A DNA stretch of 64,000 nt, from NCBI GenBank assembly GCA_965230295.1, contig OZ246001.1:320001-384000 (forward strand), read 5' to 3'. Shown piece after piece: positions 29,387-39,965 of the stretch (position 1 is the first letter of the stretch; every line of letters begins with the position of its first letter). Source of the DNA: Marinicella sp. Lineage in GTDB: Bacteria; Pseudomonadota; Gammaproteobacteria; Xanthomonadales; Marinicellaceae. Under the pieces are notes generated by a model. That model saw nothing but the letters and a program-made list of their open reading frames with translations. It was not told the DNA's origin and did not search any database. The position numbers and the translations under genes were made by a program.

Positions 29387-32300
29387 TCAGATTGTTGTTT
29401 TCGATTTTTTGAATAATGATTTGATTTTGTTCATCACACCTTGCTTTTCTTCAATAACATTCGATGAATCTTCAGCGACACCACCAACTGCAGCCATTTC
29501 ACTGTCTCCATCAAAGGTCAAAACTTGTTTATTCGGCGATCTTGCAATCCATCGGCTGGCCAAATTATTTAATCGATCTTTACCCCACAAGCGCAAATCA
29601 TCTAACCATATATACAAACATGGTAACAACACCAATGAAATGATGGTGGAGAAAGTAAGACCACCAATGATGGCCCTCGCCATTGGGAAATAACTGGGAC
29701 CGTTGCCTCCACCCACAGCTGAGACGCTGACACTCAAAGGTAATAAACCCACCACAGTGGTTGATACTGTCATCAAAACCGGACGTATACGATCCAGGCC
29801 ACCTTGTACCACCGCTTCAAATCGGTTCATGCCTTCATCGCGCAAATTATTGATGTGATCGATCAATACAATGCCATTATTCACCACCACCCCAACCAGT
29901 ATCATGGCGCCAATTCCAGCCATCACATTGAATGTGGTACCGGTAATCGCAAAAAAGAAAAAGATGCCTAAAATTGAAAATAATATGGTGTTGTATACAC
30001 AGATGGGAAACAGCAACGATTCAAACATGGCTGCCATCACCATAAATATCACACAAAGAGCGATCAAAAACGGTGCCACCAAATCTAACAATGAAATGTT
30101 GACCCCACTGCCATCTTCATTGAAGGTCCATGAATACCCTGTTGGCAAATTCATACGGTCCATCGCAGCTTTGATTTCGTCTTTGATTTCTTTGACATTG
30201 CTGTCATCCTCAACGTCCAAATCTATTTGAATTGAGTTCATTCGTCCTAGGCGGAATAAACGCTGTGGCGAACTGGTGGACTTTATTTCAGCCACATTTT
30301 CCAAAGGAATAGATACACCATCACTGTTTTTAATCGGTAAGTTTCGCAATTGTTCAATTTCAAATTCACCTTTTTGATAAAATCGCATCTTGACTGGTAT
30401 TTCGCCAGTCTCCGATATGTATTCCTGTAAGTTCATACCACGCATGGCAATTGAAACTGATTGAGCCACTGCTGTGGGATCCAACCCAAGATTTAATGCG
30501 CGTTCTCGATTGACATTGACCTGTAGTTCCTCCCGATTGTTTTTCTGCTCGACTTGAACATTGGTGACCTTGTCTACGTTTCGCAGGATAAACATCGCAT
30601 CATCCAACAACTCATTCCTTAATACTTCTGAAGAATCACCCTGTAAATAGAGTTTAATTCCTTGAGAGCCCAAATTACTGCGCCACTGAAAGGACGGCGC
30701 ACCAATGGTGATTTCGGGCATGTCGGCTAAAATTTCTTTTTTGATTTGAGCGACTGTTTTGGTGGCAAAAGCCTCATCAATCAAAGTAATCATTGAAGTC
30801 GCATTGCCATTTTCGTTGTAATAAGTGTACACCGAATCAATTTCAAATTTTTCCTGGTTGGCATAGAGGTAATTTTCAACCCGATCAATGTCTTTTTTCA
30901 TCCGGTCCAACGTGTAGTTACCTCTGACATGGTATGGTAGCCAAAAGCTTCTGCTGACATTCTGACCGGTTCCATCATCTTGCTTCATTGATGAATAAAA
31001 TGACATACTGATGACGATCAGCAACAAAGCACTGAACACCGTTTTCCATCGATGACTGAGGAAATAAGTCAGGATGCGTTTGTAGTTTTTCACCAAATAC
31101 AAACTGAACAGGAAAAACAGTGAGACATAAGCAAATATGGTGAAATTTTCACTGGGCATACCCATTGACTTGGCCAGCATATACATCAACACATAAAACC
31201 CCGCCACCAATAAAATTTTGTAGCGTTTTTTAAGTTGGGCCCAACGAGCGAAGATACGCTCCTCTAGGCCACTGGTTTTGACTTGCTGTTTTTTCACAAA
31301 CATGCCGATGGCCATCGGAACTGCAGAAATAGACAACATCAAAGAGATCACCAGTGATGCGATGATGGCCACTGCCACATGAGTCAGAAAAATGGCCAAT
31401 AAATTTCCATCTCCAACGATGACAGGTAAAAACACACAGATGGTGGTTAATGTGCCTGCTATAACGGGTTTTATAACCAATTTGACCCCTTTAATCAGAG
31501 CATCTTTCGGATTATCAGGATCCAATTGTCTTTGGGTATAAACACTTTCAGTGATCACCACTGAATTGTCCACCAACATACCAACGGCCAGCATCAAGCC
31601 CATCAACGACAAATTATTCAAACTGATTCCAGTGAAGTACAACACCCCCAGAGTGATGATAATGGAAATGGGAATGGACATGGATATGATCAATGTCATG
31701 GGTAAGTTGCGTAAAAATACAAACAACACCACCAGTGATAACAAGGATCCAGTCACACCAGCTTTAACCACATCTTCCAATGAATTGGTAACAGCTTCAG
31801 ACTGGTTGCTCAAGAAGACCAGTTTAATACCACTCATTTGTGGGGTTTGGCTGATCTCATCAATTTTTTCCATCACCAGTTCGCCCACCTCGACCAAATT
31901 GGCTGTAGACTCTTTAAAAACCTCAATTCCTACTGAGTATTTTTGGTTTAAATGACGCGCATAATCACGTTCTCCATTGATCAACGAGATGGTGGCAATG
32001 TCTTTTAGCCTGATGTTTTTATCATTCAGAATTAAGTTACGGTATTCGTCAATGTCTGTTGATTTAGATTGCGGAGAAACCCTAATGACTTGATCTGGTG
32101 TAAACATGTTGCCAGACTTGACATTGAAATTAAGGTTCCTGAGTTTTGTTTGCAACTCATTGAAGCCTATGCCATAACGACGCATCCGCTCATTATCTAA
32201 TTTAATGCTGATTTCCAGTGGCTCAATGCCTTGCAATTCAACCCGTGCCACACCTGGAATACGCTGTACAGGTTTCACCAAATAATTATTCAGTACATCA

Positions 32301-32812
32301 TATGCTGTCTCCAAATCACGATCACCAACAATCCTGATTTGCATCATGGCCTCATTACCGGGCTGCTCTTTTCGGATGAATATCTGCCGCACATCTGACG
32401 GCAGACTGTCGCGAATTAAGTCAATTTGCTCATTGACCAACATGATCTTTTCGTCAATGTCGACATCCAAATTAAACAACATGAATATGTTGCTGGAATT
32501 GGTGGTCGAATTTGAATTCATTTGCACCACTTCTCCGATAGAAGCCAAAGACTCTTCCAAGGGCCTGGTGATGCTGCGCTCTACTTCTTGAGGGGTTCCT
32601 GCATCATAGGGAACCACCACAATCAAAAATGGCAACTTTATTTCAGGCCAACTTTCTAACGGCAGCATTTTTGATGAAATTAAGCCAAAGGTCACCAATG
32701 ACAGGAACATCATACTGATGGTCACCGGACGCGCCATAGAAAAACTGGCCAATCTTGCTATGCCAGTGGCCTCACTGCTTATTTTTGAATCATGTGCTGT
32801 GCTCATAATCAT
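29387..32812 (-). CDS. RND efflux permease subunit (AcrB-like)
   Basis: RPVT start, GMLVDNSVV, GVVVNNGIVLID, RIRPVLMT. Confidence 0.93.
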   Translation of the reverse strand: MIMSTAHDSKISSEATGIARLASFSMARPVTISMMFLSLVTFGLISSKMLPLESWPEIKLPFLIVVVPYDAGTPQEVERSITRPLEESLASIGEVVQMNSNSTTNSSNIFMLFNLDVDIDEKIMLVNEQIDLIRDSLPSDVRQIFIRKEQPGNEAMMQIRIVGDRDLETAYDVLNNYLVKPVQRIPGVARVELQGIEPLEISIKLDNERMRRYGIGFNELQTKLRNLNFNVKSGNMFTPDQVIRVSPQSKSTDIDEYRNLILNDKNIRLKDIATISLINGERDYARHLNQKYSVGIEVFKESTANLVEVGELVMEKIDEISQTPQMSGIKLVFLSNQSEAVTNSLEDVVKAGVTGSLLSLVVLFVFLRNLPMTLIISMSIPISIIITLGVLYFTGISLNNLSLMGLMLAVGMLVDNSVVITESVYTQRQLDPDNPKDALIKGVKLVIKPVIAGTLTTICVFLPVIVGDGNLLAIFLTHVAVAIIASLVISLMLSISAVPMAIGMFVKKQQVKTSGLEERIFARWAQLKKRYKILLVAGFYVLMYMLAKSMGMPSENFTIFAYVSLFFLFSLYLVKNYKRILTYFLSHRWKTVFSALLLIVISMSFYSSMKQDDGTGQNVSRSFWLPYHVRGNYTLDRMKKDIDRVENYLYANQEKFEIDSVYTYYNENGNATSMITLIDEAFATKTVAQIKKEILADMPEITIGAPSFQWRSNLGSQGIKLYLQGDSSEVLRNELLDDAMFILRNVDKVTNVQVEQKNNREELQVNVNRERALNLGLDPTAVAQSVSIAMRGMNLQEYISETGEIPVKMRFYQKGEFEIEQLRNLPIKNSDGVSIPLENVAEIKSTSSPQRLFRLGRMNSIQIDLDVEDDSNVKEIKDEIKAAMDRMNLPTGYSWTFNEDGSGVNISLLDLVAPFLIALCVIFMVMAAMFESLLFPICVYNTILFSILGIFFFFAITGTTFNVMAGIGAMILVGVVVNNGIVLIDHINNLRDEGMNRFEAVVQGGLDRIRPVLMTVSTTVVGLLPLSVSVSAVGGGNGPSYFPMARAIIGGLTFSTIISLVLLPCLYIWLDDLRLWGKDRLNNLASRWIARSPNKQVLTFDGDSEMAAVGGVAEDSSNVIEEKQGVMNKIKSLFKKSKTTI

Positions 32813-35800
32813 CTCGAGTTAACAATGAAAACATCACTGGTATCACCAATAATGTTAAGAACGTAGATACCAATAAACCACCAATCACGGTGATGGCCAT
32901 GGGTGCCCTGATTTCAGCGCCAGCTGTAGATGCACCGATGGTAATCACCATGGGCAACAACCCCAAAACCGTGGTCATGGTGGTCATGATGATGGGGCGC
33001 AATCTGGAATGACCGGCTTCAATAATGGCAGCTGTTTTGGACAAACCCTTGTCTAAGGATTGTTTAATGATGTCGATCAACACAATGGCGTTATTGACCA
33101 CGATGCCGGCCAACATGATTAAACCAATAAACACCACCACAGAAATGGAGGTTTGGGTGATGTATAAAGCCCAAATGGCACCAATGAATGCCAGCGGCAC
33201 TGAAAATAAAATGACGAATGGGTGAATGAATGATTCAAACTGTGAGGCCAATATCATGTAAACCAAGAACACTGCCAGAGATAAAGCAAAAATCATAGAT
33301 TGATTGGATGACTCTAAATCTTCATTCTGCCCGGTAATTTTGATGTTGACCAAAGGATGAACATTGGCTTGTGCCACCAACTCATTAACTGTAGTCACCG
33401 CTTCACCCAGAGTGGTACCAGCAATGTCTGCTGACACCACCACGGTGCGGTCTTGATTGCGACGCAAGATATATCCAGGCCCTTCAGCTATTTTCACTTG
33501 AGCAACATCTTGTAATCGGATGGGAGCGTTGCTGTCCGGGTTGATGATCAGATTTCTGATGTCTTCTATGGAATCCCTTTGATTCTCCATTGTTCGCACC
33601 CTCAGATCCATTTTTTGGTCCTGCCAGTGTACTGTTGTCTCTACTTTACCCAATACTTTGTTGACTACATTGTTTGCCACCGTAGAGACATTCATGCCCA
33701 ATGCTGAAATTTTTTCTTGGTCAAAATACAACTGAACTTCAGGGTTTCCGACTTCAACACCGTCATCAACATTGATGAATTTATCATTTAATTCCAACAG
33801 CTTAGACAGCCTGACAGCATTCTCTTTCAGTAAATCCAGATCATTTCCTATCAATTCAATTTCTACAGGCTTGGCAAGATCAAAGAATTGTCCGGTTTTT
33901 AATTCACTTTGTAAGCCAGGGGTCTCATTGATTAATGTTAACACTTCATTTTGTATGGCTTGTTTGTTACTTCCGTTAAGAATCCGTAGCGTGATTTGAC
34001 CCGAGTTTTCACCACCTGACAGTGAAGATGTGTCTAATAGATTACCTTCTCCACTATAGCCATAGACCATTTCAACTGTTGCCTTATCTTTGACTTTGGC
34101 GCTTAAACTTTTGAAAAATTCATCAGTGGCTTCTAAAGTTTCACCTTCTGGTAATTTGTAATTTATTTTGATGGTATTGGCATCCATATCAGGAATCAGT
34201 TCAACACCAATCTTTGGAAGAATCATCAATGACAAACCCAAACACACAGTAGCCAAAAACATCACCAATAAGCGATTGTTCAATGCCATGGGCAAAATTT
34301 TTCTATAAATGGCAGCCAAACCATCATACAGCTTATTGACCAAAGTAGCTGGAACAGCCAACAAATACTTTAATGCCACTGATAAAGCAACAAAAGGTAA
34401 AACAATGACATAGAGCAACCGATCAATTAAACCGTTGAAGACCATTTTTCGACCAGACCGCAATACCCGACCCACCTTGGTTCTCGGTTCATAAACCACT
34501 TGTCCGGTTTCAGGGTTGTAACCCTTTTTCCGGTGTTTCATACTGGATAGCATCGGAATCAATATCAAAGCAAAAACCAAAGAAACAATCAAAGTAAAGG
34601 TGACTGTTAATGCTTGGTCTTTGAAAAGTTGTCCTGCAATGCCTTCAACAAAAACAAGTGGCAAAAATACTGCAATGGTGGTTAAAGTTGATGCAGTGAT
34701 GGCCCCTCCTACTTCAGCCGTGCCCTCCCGAACACCATCTATGGGGTTTTTGTGCTGTTTCATTTTTGACGCAATGTTTTCCAACACCACAATACCATTG
34801 TCAACCAATAAGCCCACTGCCAATGCCACCCCTCCCAGCGACATGATATTGAAACTCACTCCAGCTCGAAACATAAAGAAAAAGCCGGCGATCACTGAAA
34901 CCGGAATCAAAACAGCAATGATCACTGTGGCTAAAGCGTCCTTTAAAAATAAGTAGATAATCAATACCGCTAATATACCGCCAATCAAAGCAGCACTGAT
35001 GACGTTGTCTATCGCATCTTTAATGAAGGCTGATTGATCATCAATGATTTCAATTGATGTACCTTCAGGTAGTTGTTTTTTGATGTCATCAAGGTTACTT
35101 TTAACGGCGTCTGCCACATTGACGGTGTTGCTGTCACCCTCTTTATATATGGCTATTTCAATCGCTTCCTTACCATTGAGTCGATTGATTGACTTTCGGT
35201 CCTTATGACCTAATTTGACCTCAGCAACATCATCTATCTTAATGATTCGGCCGTTGTTGTTATTGATGATCAATTGTTTGATGGTCTCAATATTTTCAAA
35301 CTGATTGACGGTTCTGACCAGGTACATCTTGCTGCCCTGTTTGATTGACCCTCCTGACAAGTTGATGTTTTCTTGTCTTAATCGACTGGAAATATCATCG
35401 ATGGTTAATCCCAGTTGAGACAGTTTGAATTGGTCAGGTAGGATTTCGATTTCTTTTTCGTAACCACCGCTTATTTTGACGGCTGCAACACCTGTAATCG
35501 GATCTAATTTTTTCTTTAAATCATTATCTGCATAAGTCCTTAATGCCTTTAACCTGGCTTGGCTGCTTTCTGCAGTCAAGTTCAAGGACAATTGCATGAT
35601 CGGATCTGTAGATGGATTAAATCTCAATAAAATTGGAGAATCAACATCCAATGGCAATTGAACGGCATCCATTCGATCCCTGACATCGTAAGCAGCCCGC
35701 TTCATGTCGGCATCCCAGTTAAATTGCAGTTTTACGTCAGAACGGCCTGTGGTTGATGTTGAATAAATTTTATTCAACCCTTTAACCACACCTACACTTT

Positions 35801-36011
35801 CCTCCAACGGTTTTGTAATTAACAATTCCATTTCTTCTGGACCCGTGTTTTCATATTCTGTCCTGATGGTGAGTGTAGGATATTCCAGAGATGGAAGTAA
35901 CGTGACCGGCATTTTACTCATGGCAATGAAACCAAAAAGTATTAGGCCAATGGCCATCATGGCCACTGTTACGCGTCGAGTGGTCGCGAAATGAGTGACT
36001 GCATCAATCAT
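32790..36011 (-). CDS. RND efflux permease subunit (AcrB-like)
   Basis: GLLVDNGIVVLEN, ASQFES, GIVVNNAIVLID, RLRPIIMT. Confidence 0.95.
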   Translation of the reverse strand: MIDAVTHFATTRRVTVAMMAIGLILFGFIAMSKMPVTLLPSLEYPTLTIRTEYENTGPEEMELLITKPLEESVGVVKGLNKIYSTSTTGRSDVKLQFNWDADMKRAAYDVRDRMDAVQLPLDVDSPILLRFNPSTDPIMQLSLNLTAESSQARLKALRTYADNDLKKKLDPITGVAAVKISGGYEKEIEILPDQFKLSQLGLTIDDISSRLRQENINLSGGSIKQGSKMYLVRTVNQFENIETIKQLIINNNNGRIIKIDDVAEVKLGHKDRKSINRLNGKEAIEIAIYKEGDSNTVNVADAVKSNLDDIKKQLPEGTSIEIIDDQSAFIKDAIDNVISAALIGGILAVLIIYLFLKDALATVIIAVLIPVSVIAGFFFMFRAGVSFNIMSLGGVALAVGLLVDNGIVVLENIASKMKQHKNPIDGVREGTAEVGGAITASTLTTIAVFLPLVFVEGIAGQLFKDQALTVTFTLIVSLVFALILIPMLSSMKHRKKGYNPETGQVVYEPRTKVGRVLRSGRKMVFNGLIDRLLYVIVLPFVALSVALKYLLAVPATLVNKLYDGLAAIYRKILPMALNNRLLVMFLATVCLGLSLMILPKIGVELIPDMDANTIKINYKLPEGETLEATDEFFKSLSAKVKDKATVEMVYGYSGEGNLLDTSSLSGGENSGQITLRILNGSNKQAIQNEVLTLINETPGLQSELKTGQFFDLAKPVEIELIGNDLDLLKENAVRLSKLLELNDKFINVDDGVEVGNPEVQLYFDQEKISALGMNVSTVANNVVNKVLGKVETTVHWQDQKMDLRVRTMENQRDSIEDIRNLIINPDSNAPIRLQDVAQVKIAEGPGYILRRNQDRTVVVSADIAGTTLGEAVTTVNELVAQANVHPLVNIKITGQNEDLESSNQSMIFALSLAVFLVYMILASQFESFIHPFVILFSVPLAFIGAIWALYITQTSISVVVFIGLIMLAGIVVNNAIVLIDIIKQSLDKGLSKTAAIIEAGHSRLRPIIMTTMTTVLGLLPMVITIGASTAGAEIRAPMAITVIGGLLVSTFLTLLVIPVMFSLLTRDDYEHST

Positions 36012-37078
36012 AAATTATCTTCATAATTAACCACATTCACCTTGGTGTCCGGAGTTAAGTTATTTTTACCTGTTGTGATAACTTCTTGTCCTATTGATAA
36101 CCCTGAAATGATTTCAAAAGAATCAACCATTTCATAGCCAAGACTGACTTCTACCTTGTTAATGTCGGAATCTTCTCCCAATACATAAACATAGGCCATT
36201 TCATCTTCTCTGATGATGGCATCTTTACCTACCAGGACAACATCGGACTTTTGGTCATAAATGATATTGGCCTTGGCAAACAAGCCTGGACGTAAGGTCA
36301 TGTTGTGATTGTCCACAGAAACTGTGACTTCAAATGTACCAGAACTTGAATCAATGATTGGGCTGACACGGATCACTTCACCATCGATTGTGGTATCAGG
36401 CAGGGCATCAAACTTAAACTGAACACTTAGGCCTTCTCTCATGATGTTCCATTGGTGTTCAGGTACATCTATTTTAGCTTGGAGTGAATCAAAATCTATG
36501 ACTTCAAAAACTGCGGTGGCGTTTTGAATCAAATTTCCAATTTTAACCATTCGTTTAACTACCACACCATCAAATGGGGCTTTTATTTTCGTGAATGACA
36601 GGTTCATCTTGGCCTGATCCAATGTCGACTTCAACACTTCAGTTTCGAATTTTAAATTGTCAATTTGTTCTTTATTGGTCAGTCCTTTAGCGATTAATTG
36701 TTTGGCCCTTTGGTAATTGTTGAGAGATTTATCATAGTTGGCCCTTGCTGATTTTAATGACAAAGTTTGTTCATCTGACTCAAGCACCAAAAGTACATCA
36801 TCTTTTTTTACCACATCGCCTTCTTCAACCAATATATCTAAAATGATACCGGATGCTTTGGTTGTGACAGTAGCAGCTCGATCAGCTTCTAATACGGCTG
36901 TAGACCTGTATGTTGCAATTGAATCTCCAGAATATGTTTCTGTTGATTCTACATTTATGACGATTTCTTCCTTCTCTTCTTTGTCTCTTGATTTATTATC
37001 CGATTGCTTATTGTCCGATGTATTGCCTTGGCATGCAGCCAAAAACATCAGTGAACTGATCATTAAGAATTTTCTCAT
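36008..37078 (-). CDS. RND periplasmic adaptor (membrane fusion lipoprotein)
   Basis: Lipobox LAAC; VEEGDVVKK, IKAPFDGVV, LRPGLF. Confidence 0.93.
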   Translation of the reverse strand: MRKFLMISSLMFLAACQGNTSDNKQSDNKSRDKEEKEEIVINVESTETYSGDSIATYRSTAVLEADRAATVTTKASGIILDILVEEGDVVKKDDVLLVLESDEQTLSLKSARANYDKSLNNYQRAKQLIAKGLTNKEQIDNLKFETEVLKSTLDQAKMNLSFTKIKAPFDGVVVKRMVKIGNLIQNATAVFEVIDFDSLQAKIDVPEHQWNIMREGLSVQFKFDALPDTTIDGEVIRVSPIIDSSSGTFEVTVSVDNHNMTLRPGLFAKANIIYDQKSDVVLVGKDAIIREDEMAYVYVLGEDSDINKVEVSLGYEMVDSFEIISGLSIGQEVITTGKNNLTPDTKVNVVNYEDNL

Positions 37079-37151
37079 AACGCTTATTTTAAATTTAGAT
37101 ATAAATATTTTACTTATTTAACAGTGAACTTCATGTGCATTTAGTCATTGC

Positions 37152-37182
37152 AAAAAAAAGGCCTGTCATTTGACAGGCCTTT
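37152..37182 (-). terminator. Rho-independent terminator closing the pilMNOPQ-lipoprotein operon
   Basis: AAAGGCCTGTCA-TT-TGACAGGCCTTT with an 8-A run (U-tract on the minus strand). Confidence 0.85.
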
Positions 37183-37201
37183 ACCATGCTTTTAATTAAC
37201 T

Positions 37202-39946
37202 TTATGGGCCACATCCTGGTGGTGTATTGGGAGACACACCGGACAGACATGCATCTTGTCCATTGAAGTTAACGATTGCGACAGGTTCTCCTTCACCGGT
37301 AGTGAATTCACATGTTCCGGTAAAGAACTCATTGATACCATCTAATGCTGACAACACATTCGCTTCAGCCATACCGTTGGCATCTGTTGCGCCTGGTTGA
37401 ACTTGTACCCTCAGTTCACCACCCGTTGATTGACAAGAACCAAACAATGGTACATCAGCGATTCCATTTCCATTGCCATCGAACAAGAACAATGAAATGA
37501 TTTTAACGCCGCTGGTATTGTGGAAAGCAGGGCTAGCTGACAAATAGATTGCACCTGGACTGGCCACCTGAATACAAACACCAAGGTTTTCGGTTACACA
37601 TGTAATGGATCCCACATTGAAAATAAATCCAGTGGTGTCGTCTGTCGTAATAACACCAGTAACTGTGGCCTGACCTGTGGCACAACCATCTGCACCAGTG
37701 CGATTGTCCATCACGCCTGATCCAATGGTACCATCAATATTACCAGTACCGTTTCCGCCAATAAAGGCCCACTCTACATTTGCACCTTGAATCGGATGTC
37801 TCGCAGCATCAAGAACACAGACTGTTACTGGTGTGGTTTGATTGGCCGGAATAATTGATGGTGATACAGTAATGATCGGTGTTAACTCCGTTCCTGGAAC
37901 TGAACCTGCACCAGGATATAGAATAAGTTCAACATCAGTTACAGAACGGGTATTGCCACCAACAGTAGCCCCTTGGCCTTTGGCATAAATTCCAGCAATT
38001 TTACCCAGTTTTGAAACAGGATAATTAATTTCTGTTGAAGCCACACCATTTTCATCAATGATTGCCGTGGCATTGATGTTGCCATCAACTGCTCTACCAA
38101 TGATGTATGGGAAAATATCCAGGTCATTGATGATAGCGCCTGATAAATCATTTCTATTGAAAGATTCTGCAATGGTCAATGAAGTGTCGGAATTGATTGT
38201 TTGGACAGTCACTGCACTTTCTAAATCTTCATTTCTTGGAATTTCCTCACCAAACACCAACAAGGTGTCGGCTGGTTGGACATCCGCAGTACCATTGATG
38301 AAATCTCCACTTAATGCAGTAAATAGACTACCACCTTCCTGAGGGTCACCATCAGGCCCAGAATTAATAAAAGTACCAGGACCATCTTGTGGAAAGCCTG
38401 CGACAGGACTGTCAATCAATCCGAATTGTACAGTTTGTGGTAAAGCAGGATTGCCGCCTTTATCGGTACCAATCGCGCTGACAGTCAGGGTATATGACCC
38501 ATCTAAATTACCAATCCCATTTTGATTGACTACACCACCATCTACATTATTGATGAACAAATTACCTATGTTAGGGCTGGTGATATCTAACCCAAACAAA
38601 ACACCATCACTGATTGCAAAATTATCTTGTGCCGTGATTGGGTCTTGTAAACCGTTGTCTACATTGTTATCTGCCCTATCAGTGGTCACTGTCATGATAA
38701 CTGTATTTGGCGAGTTACCACTTAACAATTGGAAAGATGCCACACCATTGATGGTATCAACACTTATGGTTTGGCCTTCTACCGGCAAACCTTGTGCATT
38801 AACACCTGTAACTTTCTCGCCGCTGTTTGCCGCATCAGTAGTGATATCGACCATAACATTGTTAAATCCATTCGGATTAGGAACGGGTACGTTTGGTGCC
38901 GAATCAACAAACGCCTGCACTACTTGGCTTTGCGGACCACCGGAACCGTTGATGTAGTTTGCTCCAGATCCAGCCAATGCAATTGATGTTGGTTGATCAA
39001 TAGGTCCACTATCAACCAGAATATCAACTTGTGTACTGATTTCCATATTCGTGAATTGATCGAATGCAGTGACTGTAATCGTGGCCACGCCGGGTTGATC
39101 AGCCCATATAAATATGGTTCCCTTACCAGCAACCATGTCAACAGGACCTTGGCCTAATAATATAAATATTTCATTCTCTTCTGTCAGTGGATCACCATCA
39201 TCAGTGGTTTCCGGGTCATCCAATGTCGAAAATGCAGCCACCAGTACCGGATTAATGGCCACACCTACAGTTGATGTTTCACCAGTAGTCAATGGGTTGA
39301 TGAAGTTTCCTAAAGGATCTCTGAATGAAATGGCTGCTTCAGTCATATACACCGTACCGATGGCTTGTCTTGGTGACAAGTTGAACACATTGGCAGGTAA
39401 AGTAGTTGTAACAGGTTCAATTGACAAACGGTCAAATGGTTCAGGACCAGGTAAAATTGAATAAGTAAAATTAGCTGTCGATGTCCTTCCTGTTTGTGGA
39501 TCAACCGCAGATGCTGTCAATGTGACATTTCCAGCTGATACACCGTGGATGAAAAAGGTACCATTACCGCCACTTGCCTCAGTTCCAATAGAGCCAAAAA
39601 ATGAAGCAAATTCATCAACATCAGTGGTTTCCGGGTCATCCAAAGTCGAAATTGGCGCCACTTGAACATTTGAAGTTGAAAGTTGAATGTTGGTTGTGTC
39701 CGGAACAGGCGTGCCATTGTCAAAAGTCACATTAACATTCAATTGTGTTAAAAATGGAGAATCTATCAATATAGGATAATCATTGGTATTTGCAGGAACA
39801 TTCGCTTTCACTGCTGAAAATGTGATTCTCAGGTTTGACACCGATGGACCAGGAGAGGCTCCACCACTGTCACTACTCCCACCACAGGCCGACAACAGGA
39901 CAGCCACTAATGTACATACAATCAAATTTTTTGCGTATTTAAACAT
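37202..39946 (-). CDS. Large lipoprotein with invasin/Ig-like repeats
   Basis: 914 aa; lipobox LLSAC-GG; Ig-like patterns GTPVPD, AGNVTLTASA, HPIQGANVEW, TDANGMA; starts 19 bp after pilQ. Confidence 0.75.
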   Translation of the reverse strand: MFKYAKNLIVCTLVAVLLSACGGSSDSGGASPGPSVSNLRITFSAVKANVPANTNDYPILIDSPFLTQLNVNVTFDNGTPVPDTTNIQLSTSNVQVAPISTLDDPETTDVDEFASFFGSIGTEASGGNGTFFIHGVSAGNVTLTASAVDPQTGRTSTANFTYSILPGPEPFDRLSIEPVTTTLPANVFNLSPRQAIGTVYMTEAAISFRDPLGNFINPLTTGETSTVGVAINPVLVAAFSTLDDPETTDDGDPLTEENEIFILLGQGPVDMVAGKGTIFIWADQPGVATITVTAFDQFTNMEISTQVDILVDSGPIDQPTSIALAGSGANYINGSGGPQSQVVQAFVDSAPNVPVPNPNGFNNVMVDITTDAANSGEKVTGVNAQGLPVEGQTISVDTINGVASFQLLSGNSPNTVIMTVTTDRADNNVDNGLQDPITAQDNFAISDGVLFGLDITSPNIGNLFINNVDGGVVNQNGIGNLDGSYTLTVSAIGTDKGGNPALPQTVQFGLIDSPVAGFPQDGPGTFINSGPDGDPQEGGSLFTALSGDFINGTADVQPADTLLVFGEEIPRNEDLESAVTVQTINSDTSLTIAESFNRNDLSGAIINDLDIFPYIIGRAVDGNINATAIIDENGVASTEINYPVSKLGKIAGIYAKGQGATVGGNTRSVTDVELILYPGAGSVPGTELTPIITVSPSIIPANQTTPVTVCVLDAARHPIQGANVEWAFIGGNGTGNIDGTIGSGVMDNRTGADGCATGQATVTGVITTDDTTGFIFNVGSITCVTENLGVCIQVASPGAIYLSASPAFHNTSGVKIISLFLFDGNGNGIADVPLFGSCQSTGGELRVQVQPGATDANGMAEANVLSALDGINEFFTGTCEFTTGEGEPVAIVNFNGQDACLSGVSPNTPPGCGP

Positions 39947-39965
39947 ATTTAACCTTCAGTTAATT

